Shown here: piece after piece, positions 36,699 to 50,400 of the stretch
How the letters are laid out: each line of letters opens with the position of its first letter
Position numbering within the stretch: the stretch's first letter is position 1
NCBI GenBank assembly: GCA_002269645.1
Contig: NIVC01000130.1
Span: 682,001 to 746,000, forward strand
From: Macrostomum lignano
Lineage: Eukaryota
DNA: 64,000 bases
Direction of reading: 5' to 3'
The notes under the pieces: generated by a model
What the model was told of the DNA's origin: nothing
The model's database searches: none
What the model saw: only the letters and a program-made list of their open reading frames with translations
Made by a program: the position numbers and the translations under genes

Positions 36699-39600
36699 AT
36701 TGGGGGACAGGATTGGGCCTGTGTGTACATTGGGGGACAGGATTGGGCCGGTGTGTACATTGAGTCAGGAACGAGATTGAGTGAGAGCAAATATGGAACA
36801 AAATTTAATGTACATGCGCGCTCGTACGCTGCATAAGTGCAATACATTGAGAGCAAAATATATGAAACTAACAATGCACATTAAAGACGGCCTCTGCCTG
36901 TAAATTAGGCGCCTGTACATTACATCAAGCTTACCCTATTTGACGTAATATAAAAGCGCACTCACATCTTTAAAGTGTCTCTCTTCGTTTAGCCGATAAG
37001 CGAGCTTAGGGCACTGGACCAGCTGCCGGAACAGCCTGTATTGCAGCTCCTCAATGCGATCGCTATACTCCACAGTGATTGGCTCCGAGAACAGTTTCAT
37101 CATGAACTCCGGAAAGTTAATCCGATTGCAAATCATTCGACAGACGTCCGTCTTTTCGCAGACCATGCACATTACCTCCATTGACAGGACGCGCATAGCG
37201 CCTGGGTATTTGTTTGGTTCGCGTATCATCTCAACGGATATGTCGATAATGTTGGGCATTTGAATGTAGCGAATAACAGTGTCGCGACAGTCCGGCATGA
37301 TTTTGAGGCCCATCGACCAGAGGCCCATCATTACGTAGAGCTCGTGGTGCGTCATTTTTTTCAGCGGCGTGCGTACAATTCTTGGTATCGAGCGATGTCG
37401 AATCTAAAGATTGTTCAGGGGTGGAATGAGATTTGAATTTGAATTTTCTCCTAATCTACAAGTAGGGAAGTGGATCCCGAAATCCAATTGAAATTGAATC
37501 TGTATCCTGGGGTCACAGAAATCTGATATTTTTGCATAAATTACTTCCAACCTTTCAATACGTACCTTCTCCAACCATAAAGCGTACCTTATCACTACTA
37601 TTGACTGTCTCACCAGGCCACCCGCCGACACAGCCCCACTCCATACATTCCTACCCCTTTAACTGCATTTCATTACTGCTATCACTGCTGTTTATTGGCT
37701 GTCTCGCCATCCCAACCCCCCACCCGCCGCCACAGCCCCGATCCATACATTCCTTCCTATCCCTTCTAACTGTATTTTATCACTGCTATCTAGTAAGGAC
37801 TGGATGAGCGACGGTTATTATAATTTCTATCCAATCAATTAGAAATTTCTTATCACCAACTGACCAGCATATCAAAGCCGCCCTTCTCTTTAAATTTGGT
37901 GTACAATTCTGTGCCGCGTTTATCCGCCACAGCTTCGCCTAGACAGTGGAAAGCACCGGCAAAGAACAATTGGGGGGCGTCGAACCATTCCTGGCCGTTA
38001 AATAGGTTTAGGAGTTGCTCGGCGTCAGCGATTCGCTCCGGTGTGGGGCCGAATTCTGCGTTGCAATGGAGATGTTTTGCTTTTTTCGGTTAAAATGATG
38101 ACTACGGGGTAGTTGATTGATAAGATCTGGTGTTTGCTGGTCTGGGCAGTGTGTACATTGGGGCATTGGGGGTAGGGTGTTTGCTGGTCTGTGCAGTGTG
38201 TACATTGGGACATTGGGGGTAGGGTGTTTGCTGGTCTGGGCAGTGTGTACATTGGGACATTGGGGGTAGGGTGTTTGCTTGTCTGGGCAGTGTGTACATT
38301 GGGGGTAGGGTGGGTGTTTGCTGGTCTGGGCAGTGTGTACATTGGGGGTAGGGTGGGTGTTTGCTGGTCTGGGTAGTGTGTACATTGGGGGTAGGGTGGG
38401 TGTTTGCTGGTCTGGGTAGTGTGTACATTGGGGGTAGGGTGGGTGTTTGCTGGTCTGGGCAGTGTGTACATTGGGGGTAGGGTGGGTGTTTGCTGGTCTG
38501 GGCAGTGTGTACATTGGGGGTAGGGTGGGTGTTTGTTGACCGGGGCTCTGACTCACCATCGGTCTTATTGAATTGGCTCTCGTATTGCTCTAAAAAGTGC
38601 CTACATGCGGCATTGAACAGCTGGCCGGGGTTATCGTGCAGCCTACGCATCTCTAGCGCAGTGGCCGCGGCTCGCGCCCAACGACGAGTCTCAGCAGCGC
38701 GACCGCTGTTGAGCACCTTGTTAACCTGTAAAAAGCAGGTAGGGTGAAGACGGTTAAAAATAAATTGACAGTGTAACAATTACGGTTAGGGCGTTAAGAA
38801 TTGAAAGCAGATTTATCAGAAAAAGTATTAAAATAAGAAGTATTAAAGCTTTAAGGAAGTTTTAAATACGACAATCAGGCCCTTGAAAAACTTTTTTTTA
38901 GTTCTAGATCGGTGAAAAAGCAAACCCTGAAACTATGAAAGAATCAGGCCCTGAAACTATGGAAGAATCAGGTCCTGAAACTATAGAAAATCAGGCCCTG
39001 AAACTATGGAAGAATCAGGCCCTGAAACTATGGAAGAATCAGGCCCTGAAACTATGGAAGAATCAGGTCCTGAAACTATAGAAAAATCAGGCCCTGAAAC
39101 TATGGAAGAATCAGGCCCTGAAACTATGGAAGAATCAGGCCCTGAAACTATGGAAGAATCAGGTCCTGAAACTATGGAAGAATCAGGCCCTGAAACTATG
39201 GAAGAATCAGGTCCTGAAACTATGGAAGAATCAGGTCCTGAAACTATGGAAGAATCAGGTCCTGAAACTATGGAAGAATCAGGTCCTGAAACTATGGAAG
39301 AATCAGGTCCTGAAACTATGGAAGAAGTCAGGCCCTGAAACTATGGAAGAATCAGGCCCTGAAACTATGGAAGAATCAGGCCCTGAAGCTATGGAAGAAG
39401 TCAGGCCCTGAAACTATGGAAGAATCAGGTCCTGAAACTATGGAAGAAGTCAGGCCCTGAAACTATGGAAGAATCAGGCCCTGAAACTATGGAAGAATCA
39501 GGCCCTGAAGCTATGGAAGAAGTCAGGCCCTGAAACTATGGAAGAATCAGGCCCTGAAACTATGGAAGAATTAGTACCTGAAAGGCTGAAACTATGGAGG

Positions 39601-42061
39601 AATCAGTACCTGAAACTATGGAAGAATCAGGCCCTGAAGCTATGAAAATCTAGTTGAAACTAATAAAGCAGTGTAGACCCTAAAAAAGAGAATCCAATTA
39701 AAGCATTAAATCGTAACCATACACGATTAAGTCCAACTAACCATTTCGCCGATCGCGTTGCACTCGCTTAGTATCTCGTCGGTTTGCGGCAAATCCATCA
39801 GCAGCATAGACATGCAGCCAAACATGCGGCCCATGGCCAACGTACCCTCGGGCGACACCTCGTCTAACAGGTTCTCAATGGCCGTGCGACAAGCCTCGAC
39901 TAATCCAGGCTGACGCATTAAAGCCTCTCGAATGCAATAGTGCTGGCATAGACTGAAATCAATTTAGCTTTACTATTAATGACCTGACAACACTCCTTTG
40001 ACATCTTGAGTGCTAAGCCACCTATCTGCCTCTCACTCCTAAACCACCCCGAAGCATTTTCATGTTTTTACAATTCAACTCTTTCGAGAAGGTCAATTTC
40101 CAGATTCTATAGACCCGCAAAGGTTAAACAATCGAATTTGACTATGAGAGAAGTTTTGAGCTAATAAAAAAACGATCCTGTTTCAGAGGTTGGATTTCAT
40201 TTGCATTTGCTGTGCAAAACATTAATAAGCTACTATTCCAGAAAAACGAATACTTCTTCGCGTCTACCGGTAGATTTCAACCCTAAATCATTCTCTCTCA
40301 GTCCAACAATCGCTACGGTAGCTATACTCACCGGTAAGCAGCGTTGCAAAACTCCCCAAACGATTTCGGATGCTCACTTCCGTTAACAAGACCCTCTCGA
40401 ATGGCTTTGGCAATGTAGTCAATTTTCTTAGAGTCCTGATCAATCACGCGAACGTAGAACCTTGGACACAGCGCAATGGTGGCCACGAGTTTGTAGGCCT
40501 CGGCACGGGCCAGATCGGATTCGCTGCCAGTTCTTAGCATGAGATGCATATTGGCTCGAATTTTGTTGCTACCAAATATGCCGTAGTCGCTATCGAACAA
40601 TGCAGTCTCAGTCAAGTCGTACTTGTTGCACATCAGCTTGCAAACGTTCGGATCGGAGAGCACACCGATAGCGTATTGAATGCCTTCAAGGCTGACATCT
40701 TCCAGCATACGCTTCTCGGTGCACACCATTTCGAATACGTTGTCAATGACGCCGCGGACTTGCAACGAGCGCACGGCGTTGTCTTTGAAGTCGCGAGAGG
40801 CGTGCTTGCACAGCGTGTAGGCAGATTTTAACACCTGGGATTGGTTGGCATGTAGGTTGTTAGTGGAACTAGTATCTTCTGTTGCCTGTTACTAGTGCAT
40901 TATGTTCTCAGATTGACTGAAATAATGCACTGTACGAACTTTTTCTGAGGAAAAAACGTAATATTGAAACTAAAAAAATGTAAATTTCCACGGCTTTTCC
41001 ACGCCTTAATAATTTAGTGAGTGAGCCATTGTCGGCTTTTTAGGGCCTGGTGCACTTTGGGCCTGGCCGCTGGACTTTGGCGTGCCCCTTCCCTGCCGTG
41101 CACCCTGCCCCGTGCTCTGTGCTGGTTGGCTGCGGCCAGCCCTGCTGTGGCACGAGGGCTGCGCCCTGCCCCGGGCGGGGTTTTGATTGGCTGGCTCTGA
41201 GCGCTGTTCTGCGCAGCTTAGTCTGTGGGACAGGCTGTTCCCCAACCCCTCCTCTCAAGGCCCAAGGTCTGTTTTTTTTAATCATTTATTGTCTTCTTTG
41301 CGCCTTTTTTACTCTGTTATTGTTAGTCTTTTGCACCAATTTGCTACTACAAGTTCCAAATATACTAATCTCTATCCATATACTAAAAATGGTCTGTCGG
41401 TAGGTAGGTATGTGGGTATGTGATCGATTTCAGAAAAAACTGCTTAACCGATTTTCTTCGAACTTGTTTACTCTACAAATATACGGGTGTTATTTATTCA
41501 GCTTCTGGTAAGCACTTTGAAAAAAAATTATACAACTCCCGAAGCATGGGACTTTAGTCTAACAAAAAAACATTTTAACATAACTTTGTGCAACTAATCG
41601 AACTTGAATCTTGATACTGAAAGAGTGAACTAGGATAAAAAACTTTGAGTCCAGTCATGTGGACAAAGTTTCAAGTCAATTGACTTGTTCGATTTCAAGT
41701 TGAGTACTTAGATTGTACTCCTAGTAGTTAAGACGAAAATCAATGATTTAAAACAATATTGGCTGTAAAAACTAACCTTCAACTCGTCTGGGTACATATT
41801 ATCAACAGTTTTGGCCATTACTGCACTAATCTTTGGATTTCGAATGAGAACATTGAAGCCATTGTTTTTCTTGAAGCTGAAGCGCATTTCATCATCGCTA
41901 AGTGAATTTGCAAAAGCAACAAGTCCATCAGCATAAAATTGTAATTCTTGATCTGGAGGCGAAAGGCTGTCCATTGTGGCTTTGATTACATCACCAAACT
42001 TGTCTTCCCTTGGTGGTGGCGGCGGTGGCCCCTGCTGCTGCTGCTCTGTCTCTTCAGCCAT
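35975..42061 (-). CDS. 719-aa alpha-helical (ARM/HEAT-like) protein with an internal duplication, unknown family. Exons 42061-41777, 40834-40332, 39952-39742, 38725-38557, 38055-37865, 37403-36966, 36337-35975
   Basis: All six introns are GT-AG with matching phases (0,2,0,1,0,0); exon sum is 2160 nt with no internal stop. The two halves align (FSFKKNNGFNVLIRN vs TKFKEKGGFDMLIRH; VRSLQVRGVIDNVFEM vs IRYIQMPNIIDISVEM; YKLVATIALCPRF vs YRLFRQLVQCPKL). Confidence 0.85.
36460..36700. repeat. Compound (GAGT)n + (GT)n microsatellite
   Basis: Directly visible in the last intron of the helical-repeat gene. Confidence 0.95.
38128..38535. repeat. 43-47-bp G-rich minisatellite (GTTTGCTGGTCTGGGCAGTGTGTACATTGGGGGTAGGGTGGGT)
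   Basis: Tandem array in intron 4; shares GTGTACATTGGGGG with short repeats at ~36690-36760. Confidence 0.92.
38925..39650. repeat. 24/25-bp minisatellite (GAATCAGGCCCTGAAACTATGGAA)
   Basis: Tandem array in intron 3; source of the MEESGPET ORF. Confidence 0.95.
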
Positions 42062-44464
42062 TTCGAGCTTATAACTAAGATAAGCTGCAAGTCACAAACT
42101 GAAATAAATTTTGAATGAATATTTTATTGATCAGCATAACTGTAAACTGAATTTTTAGTTAGAATGATGAAAAACATAATTACATAGTGTGATAGTGCAC
42201 TGCTGCCAACTGATTAACATAATGTAGACTATAGAACTTTGCCTAAGTGCCTCTCCCACTGTTATGTTTGTGACCCAAATAGATGCTCAAGTTGAGAAGC
42301 CAGACTGCTACTTGAGGCTTGGCAAGTAAACTTTCTTTTCTTGCTTGCTTGGCTATAGCCTAGGCAAATGGCTACATTGTCATTAGTCATTTATATTATT
42401 AAATTAGAAACTAAAAAAATGTATTCTCCAAAATAAAAAGCAATTTTAACCATTAAGGTTATTATACAGTACAAATATATAATATTTGCTTTTCCACACC
42501 ATGATATTATTTTATACTGTATATATTATAGTTATACATTATCTAATTTAAGTGTAGATCAAAAGAATACATCATAAGATAATATCATATCCTTAGAAAC
42601 TCAAAATTTTCCAAATAAGATAAATTAGCAAAATGCCTTTTCTACCTATATTATAGATTATTTGGTAAAAGAAATTAAAGATTTATACTAGATGTAGATA
42701 TATTTTTATAAATGTAATAAAATATCCTACTGAAAATACTTCATTTACACATCAATATACACATATCAATAATTGATTAAGTAAGCCGAAAGAAAAAAAC
42801 AGACAGCCACTTTAGAGCAAGATAAATCAAAAGGTTTTAAGTTTTAACTTCGCAATTCTAACAAGGAACCATATTCACAAATCATTGTGATTAGCATGTT
42901 TTAGCGAAAGTTTCCCGAATTCTTGTTTAATAAATCATAAGACTTACAAAAGCGTATTTCAATAGACTATCAAGAAGATTTTAACTGTAAATTAATTATA
43001 ATTATGGAATTATTTATAACTAAAAAGTAAAACGTACGACCAAGGGCAACGAGCGTTTTTTAATTCTATGGCAAAACAGGCGTCTGAATGCCCGAAGAGA
43101 AAGTATCAAGGCGATAACGAGAATAATAGGTAGATAAATAGGTAGATTAATTTCTCCTAGTATCGACTAAGTCACTCAGGTGTAAAGTGTAAAGCCTTTG
43201 GGCAATACTTATTCTTTAAAAGCGATTTACAAAATCAGTGGTAAAATGTCAACTTTTTCGAAAGCGAAATTTATACAAGGTACTAAACTTTAGCTTCTGT
43301 AATAATTAGGCAGTAAATTTAAAAAAAGATCTTGAATAAAAATTGCAAATGCATTATTTTACTTTTTTAATTCATTAAATTCTATGTAAATAATTAGTAA
43401 ACTTTGTTAATGTAAGCTGAAGCCGTCAAAATTTATCTCAATGTTTGTACTTGAATTGATATGCTTATATGAATAGTGGGCATAACTTTTGTGATCTCTA
43501 GCTTAGTTTTTATTTCTCTCCCTATTTTTTTCTATGTGTATAAACATCTGTCCTATTTGCAGTTGGCTTTTCTGCATGCTGTATAACAGGAGCTAGTAAG
43601 GCAGGAATAAAGGGTCTCCTCCAGTGAAGTCCAGGGCTGCAGAAGCTCGATGGAAAAAAACTTGGCGGGAAAAAACTGGCTTGAGAATCTAGCGCGGAGG
43701 GTTTACCGAGGAAACCCTCCTGCGGGTAACCCTCCTGCGGGAAACCCTCCTGCGGGGAAAACTCTGGAGGAAAATCAAGCGGTTGATGGCAAGTTAAAGT
43801 GCTTTTAATGCTGAGCTATGGCCTCTGAGACTTTACTCGTAATATTAAGTTGACACATTTTAGCCAGATGATTGTTTGTGTTTTTCAAAATACAGTGAAG
43901 TACATGTAATATTAGTATACACCGGTAGAGAGCTTAACAGCGTAAAAGAACCCCCCCCCTGTGCCGAACTAGCTCCTTTCTTTGTCTTTGCGCCAGCACC
44001 AAGGGGACGCCATTATAAGTGTGTGTGCATTTCGTAGACTAGACTAGCTACTCGCATTAGCATAAATAAACTGGTCGCGGAATGATTAATTTTCTTTAAT
44101 TATCTCTGCATGGTTCAGATTTTGATTACAATTTTCACATATAACAAGCCAACAAGCTGTTTGAATTTAACATATGCTATACATGAATGCATGAAACCGG
44201 GTGTAAACAGTGATTTTCTGACCGGAAATGTTTAGACCACTTGATGGCGTTTAACTTATTTTGCCCCTTGGCACAAGTTAGTAGCATTGCAATACGTGAA
44301 ACCTCAGCTTGTCAGGCGCAATTAACATGACATATTCGCTTCCTCTATTAAAGTGCCGCTGTGTGTATAAAGAACGATTTACGACTATAAGCTGGTCTAC
44401 ATACATGTATATGTTCAATATGGTGCGGTTGGACTTTTGTCGGCTATTTTGGTGTACATACTCT

Positions 44465-44875
44465 TCCTAATGTTTTTGTACAGTCTCTTCCTAATAGTTT
44501 TGTACAGTCTCTTCCTAATAGTTTTGTACAGTCTCTTTCTAATGTTTTGTACAGTCTCTTTCTAATGGTTCTGTACAGTCTGTTCCTAATAGTGCTGTAC
44601 AGCCTGTTCCTAATGGTTTTGTACAGCCTGTTCCTAATGGTTTTGTACAGTCTGTTCCTAATTGTTTTGTACAGCCTGTTCCTAATGGTTTTGTACAGCC
44701 TGTTCCTAATGGTTTTGTACAGTCTGTTCCTAATTGTTTTGTACAGTCTGTTCCTAATTGTTTTGTAAAGTCTGTTCCTAATGGTTTTGTACAGTTCTGT
44801 TCCTAATGGTTTTGTACAGTCTGTTCCTAATGGTTTTGTACAGTTCTGTTCCTAATGGTTTTGTACAGTCTCTTC
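44465..44875. repeat. 24-bp minisatellite (GTTTTGTACAGTCTGTTCCTAATG)
   Basis: Tandem array. Confidence 0.93.
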
Positions 44876-45639
44876 CAAATTTTCCGGCACTGCCTGACCC
44901 TCAGAAATGGAATTGTGGTTCTGTATCATTATAAATGTATGGATTAAGCATTGTTGTATTGATGGTACTAGCATAGATTTCTAACGTAGATTATAGCCTC
45001 TGTCTGGACTAACACTACACTAATATGCACTATACATTATGTATAAACATATGACAATTTACAAATTGTCATATGTTCTGAGGACGCAGAAGATCGAGCA
45101 CACGTATGCTGGCAGGGAGAATTCTGGAGAGTAGCGTGAGACTGGGGTTATATAGCCGAATAGATCGCGTGAGGTGATTTTTTCAGAATTATTATTTCGG
45201 CCAATGCAGCGAAGGCTCTATAGGATGACAGACAGAGACTGAGGCAGAGAGAGGGGGATGAAGATGGATCAAATCAGCTGCCAAGATGAAGAAGCAAAAT
45301 CTTTCTGGAAGTGAGCACTATTGCATTCTCAGCTGTATGCGCTCCCGTGTGAGTCATCTCTATCCCATGTTTTTCTGAACCTCTGCGAGTGGGAATAGAG
45401 CTGATGGGATCAGTGGGTAGCGGCTGTATGGCTGCCGGCTAGGAGAAGCAAAACTGCATAAAATAACATTTTCTGGCAGCGGGAAGGGCTGCCCAGGCTA
45501 GAGCAGCTTGGCTTGGATTGGGACTGGTGAGCGCCTGAAGTTCGAGCTGATAGTATTCGACAGCACGAATCGGTGGCAGTCAGAGAACGCTGACTGCCAG
45601 AGAAAATAAGATTTGAAATGACTAAAATGACACTTAAAT

Positions 45640-46710
45640 TCTATATGACCCATTTAAATCCTAAATGACCCACTCAGACCTTGTATGACCAACTCAAATC
45701 GAAAATGACCCACTCCGACTTTATATGACCCATTCAGATCCAATATGACCCACTCAGACTTTATAAGACCCCTCAGACATTATATGACCCAATAAACTCC
45801 AAATGACCCACTAAAATCCAAAATGACCCACTAAGATTCAAAATTACCCACTCAAATCCTATATGACCCACTACTATCCTAAATGACCCACTCAGATCCT
45901 AATGACCCAATCAGATCCAAAATGACCCACACAGATTCTACACTGTATATGACGGACTCAGAACTTATATGACCCACTACTTAGATCAAAAATGACCCAC
46001 GCAGATCCTATATGACCTACTCATATTCAAAATGACCCTCTCGGATCCTATGTGACCCACTAAGATCCTCTATTACCCACTCCGATTCTATATGACCCAC
46101 TCAGACCTTATATGACCAACTAAAATCCAAAGTGACCCACTCAAATCCTATATGACCCACTCAGGTCCTTTATGACCCACTCAGATCCTTTATGACCCAC
46201 TCAGATCCTTTATGACCCACTCAGATCGTTTATGACCCACTCAGATCCTTTATGACCCACTCAGATCGTTTATGACCCACTCAGATCCTTTATTATCCAC
46301 TCAGATCCTTTATGACCCACTCAGATCCTTTATGACCCACTCAGATCCTTTATGACCCACTCAGATCCTTTATGACCCACTCAGATCCTTTATGACCCAC
46401 TCAGATCGTTTATGACCCACTCAGATCCTTTATGACCCACTCAGATCGTTTATGACCCACTCAGATCCTTTATTATCCACTCAGATCCTTTATGACCCAC
46501 TCAGATCCTTTATGACCCACTCAGATCCTTTATGACCCACTCAGATCGTTTATGACCCACTCAGATCCTTTATAAACCACTCAGGTCCTTTATGACCCAC
46601 TCAGATCCTATATGACCCACTCAGGTCCTTTATGACCCACTCAGATCCTTTATGACCCACTCAGATCCTTTATGACCCACTCAGATCCTTTATTACCCAC
46701 TCAGATCCTT
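45640..46710. repeat. 20-bp minisatellite (ATGACCCACTCAGATCCTTT), degenerate on the left and homogeneous on the right
   Basis: Tandem array. Confidence 0.93.
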
Positions 46711-47439
46711 TTGAAAGTCTTGAGTCAACCATAACGCCAATCCATAGTCTCGGAAGCAGAGCAGACTAAGCATAGCTCGTATAAACAGTAAGCTGAGGAC
46801 ATTTCCCCCAATACACATACGGCTAAGCATATATTGATGGCGATAACCGCCCCGGGGCTTGAAGGGCAAATTGGACTTGCCATCTATAATCCGTATAGGC
46901 TAAAGTTATGTCTTCTCGCATAGTAAGCGTGCGATAGAAAATGAGGAGCGGACAGAGGACACGAGAATCCGGGGAGAGGGTAGAAAGACGGGAGATACCG
47001 CCCAAGGGGGGAATTCTTAGTTCCCCTTCCCTTCCTTCCCGAGGAAGGATCTCGCCGAGCCAACCAAATCAGCGCTGATTGGTCGATCGCAGCACCCCCA
47101 ACCCCCTTCGTTGCCCCCCGATCCCCCCTCTCCCACAGACGCTCGCTAGCTGGTCAGTTTTTTAAAATTGGTAACCCTCCCTCCCTCCTCTCCCGCCTCG
47201 CCTCTTAATTCCCCGGCTTTTTGGGACTCGCCGAGGCGTGGGAATGGGTGCGATGGAGAGAGAGGGAGAGACTGGCAAAGAGTAGGAAGACGAGAAGAGA
47301 GGCTGAGTGTAAGAGGAGGGAGGGTGAGCCGAGCGAACTGATCAGACGGGGCTTTTTTGAGTGAAATCTTCTGCATCAGCGTCGGGTTGGTCCGAGTAAT
47401 TCTTGGCGGGTGCACACGAGACAAGAAGCGAGGAATATC

Positions 47440-50400
47440 ATGCAGCAATCTGGGAGAATGGCGGGTGCTGGCTTTTCAACGAAGCAGCACCAGCAACAAC
47501 AGCAACAACAGCAACAGCAGCAGCATCTTGTGTGCACTTGTCCACCGGAAGTGCATCAAGGTGAGTGACGATTTTTAGAAAAGAATTAAAAAACAGAAAC
47601 ATAATATAAGACGAAAAACAGTTTTGAAAAACATTTGTTTACAGAATGACTAATTTTACCTGTGGCCTACGCAGGGTGTCTTTTGATGGGTGCCCCTGTC
47701 TCTTGGTGGGTGCCCCTGTCTCTTGGTGGACACCCCTGTCTCTTGGTGGGTGCCCCTGTCTCTTGGTGGGTGCCCCTGTCTCTTGGTGGGTGCCCCTGTC
47801 TCTTGGTGGGTGCCCCTGTCTCTTAATGGGTGCCCCTGTCTCTTGGTGGGTGCCCCTGTCTCTTGGTGGACACCCCTGTCTCTTGGTGGGTGCCCCTGTC
47901 TCTTGGTGGGTGCCCCTGTCTCTTGGTGGGTGCCCCTGTCTCTTGGTGGGTGCCCCTGTCTCTTGGTGGGTGCCCCTGTCTCTTGGTGGGTGCCCCTGTC
48001 TCTTGGTGGGTGCCCCTGTCTCTTGGTGGGTGCCCCTGTCTCTTGGTGGGTGCCCCTGTCTCTTGGTGGGTGCCCCTGTCTCTTGGTGGGTGCCCCTGTC
48101 TCTTAATGGGTGCCCCTGTCTCTTGGTGGGTGCCCCTGTCTCTTGGTGGGTGCCCCTGTCTCTTGGTGGGTGCCCCTGTCTCTTGGTGGGTGCCCCTGTC
48201 TCTTGGTGGGTGCCCCTGTCTCTTGGTGGGTGCCCCTGTCTCTTGGTGGGTGCCCCTGTCTCTTGGTGGACACCCCTGTCGTTTGGTTGACGCCCCCTGT
48301 CTCTGGTTGGCTCGCCCTGTCGTTTGGTTGACGCCCCCTGTCTCTGGTTGGCTCGCCCTGTCGTTTGGTTGACGCCCCCTGTCTCTGGTTGGCTCGCCCT
48401 GTCGTTTGGTTGACGCCCCCTGTCTCTGGTTGGCTCGCCCTGTCGTTTGGTTGACGCCCCCTGTCTCTGGTTGGTGCGCCCTGTCGTTTGGTTGGCACCC
48501 CCTGCCTCTTGACGGGCGCCCCTGTCGCTTGGTGGGCGCCCCTGTCTCCTGGTGGGCGCCCCTGTCTCCTGGTGGGCGACCTCTTAAAACCTTTTCCTCT
48601 TCAAAGGACTGTAACACACCCACACTGTCAAGCTCCGTGCTTCGCTGATGCCGTAGTAGGTTGCTATCAGTAGAAAATCAAAGCATTTTTATTATACAAT
48701 TCGGTGCACTTTCACCTCAACGGCCGCCCAACCTCTTGTCCATAGCCATGCACGAAGCGCAGCGCTATGTTAAATCCGGCAGACCGCTGCCCAAGGAGCT
48801 TCTACAGGTGCTATCGTCAGGTGGAGCTGCTGGTTCAGTCAGTCAGCACCAGCACCACCAGATGGCCGATCAGTTCAGGTAAGAGATTGTTGGCATTGCC
48901 CAAAGCAAGTGTGCAACAGCTGCTTCGCTTGGTCACTAGTACGAATTATTGCATAGATCAAACCTGCCCAATCTGCATGATGGCTAATCCATCCCATTCA
49001 TCTCTGATTTTGTCCGGTTCTGTTTGGATTTATAGGGGGGGGGAGGAGGTTGTCTGCAGCAAAACTGCAGACTGATTTGCTTATACAATCAGCAAGTTCG
49101 TTTCTACCGGACTTCAGCCAAACTCTGATAGTGAATCGTAATCAGTGTTGCAGCTGCAGATGTATACGAAATGATATAAGCCGGGGCGATTCATTGTACC
49201 AGTAGAAACTTCTTGCAATCTTCACAACTGATGAACCTGAAAATATAAGACCAATTTTAACTGTTCTCTACTTATTAAGAAGTTGGTCAACTTGTTGAAG
49301 AATCGCATATTTCAGCGGTCGTCTATCTCAAGCTGAAACGCAACTGAGCCACGTCAACAGCTGCTTCGTCCAGCAGCAGCAGCAGCAGCAGCAACAACAA
49401 CAGCAGAAGGTGACGACATCCCACATTCCCAGCAACTGCAGTTTGGATAGCGCAATCTCTGCTCAAAGCGGTGAGTAAATGTACATCAATGTACAGTATT
49501 ACAATGTACAATGTACAATGTACAGGGACTAACCTTCCTGATAAAAAGTCGTTGAAAATTATGCAGCGTAATTAATTGAACTTTTATCAATCTAGAATTA
49601 TGATTGAGTATTTTAATCAAATATATCTGTAAGGACTCTTTGTATCCAGGGATGCTTGCTATCTGGGGTATGCTTACTATCGGGGGATTCTTGCTATCTG
49701 GGGATGCTTGCTATCGGGGGGATGCTTGCTATCTGGGGTATGTTTTCTGTCTGGGAAATGCTTGCTATCTGGGGGGATGCTTGCTGTCTGGGGGATGCTT
49801 GCTATCTGGTGGATGCTTGCTATCTGGGGGATGCTTGCTATCTGGTGGATGCTTGCTATCTGGTGGATGCTTGCTATCTGGCGGATGCTTGCTATCTGGG
49901 GGATGCTTGCTATCTGGGGGATGCTTGCTATCTGGTGGATGCTTGCTATCTGGTGGATGCTTGCTATCTGGGGGATGCTTGCTATCTGGGGTTATCGGGG
50001 GGATGCTTGCTATCTGGGGGATGCTTGCTATCTGGTGGATGCTTGCTATCTGGGGGATGCTTGCTATCTGGGGTATGCTTGCTATCTGGGGGATGCTTGC
50101 TATCTGGGGGATGCTTGCTATCTTGGGGGATGCTTGCTATCTGGGGTATGCTTGCTATCTGAAGTTATCGGGGGGATGCTTGCTATCTGGGGATGCTTAT
50201 GGTCTGGGGGATGCTTGCTATCTGGGGGATGCATGCGGTCTAAGGGATGCTTGCATGCTGTCTGGGGATGCTTGCTTTCTTGGGATGTTTTCTTTTTAGA
50301 GGGAATGTCTGTTGTTTTTTTGAAGGCTTTATTTTGCTGTCCATTTGTTACTTGTAAAGAACAAGGATTCTATCCAGATGTCCCCCATCGGGGGGCGAAG

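Noticed and set aside
39006-39338. MEESGPET repeat protein
   Set aside because: 24-bp intronic satellite, antisense to the host gene, broken by 25-bp units.
41030-41270. GC-rich intronic island with GC-box and CCAAT-like motifs
   Set aside because: No second copy, TIR/TSD or convincing ORF in the window; cannot distinguish a TE fragment from a regulatory element.
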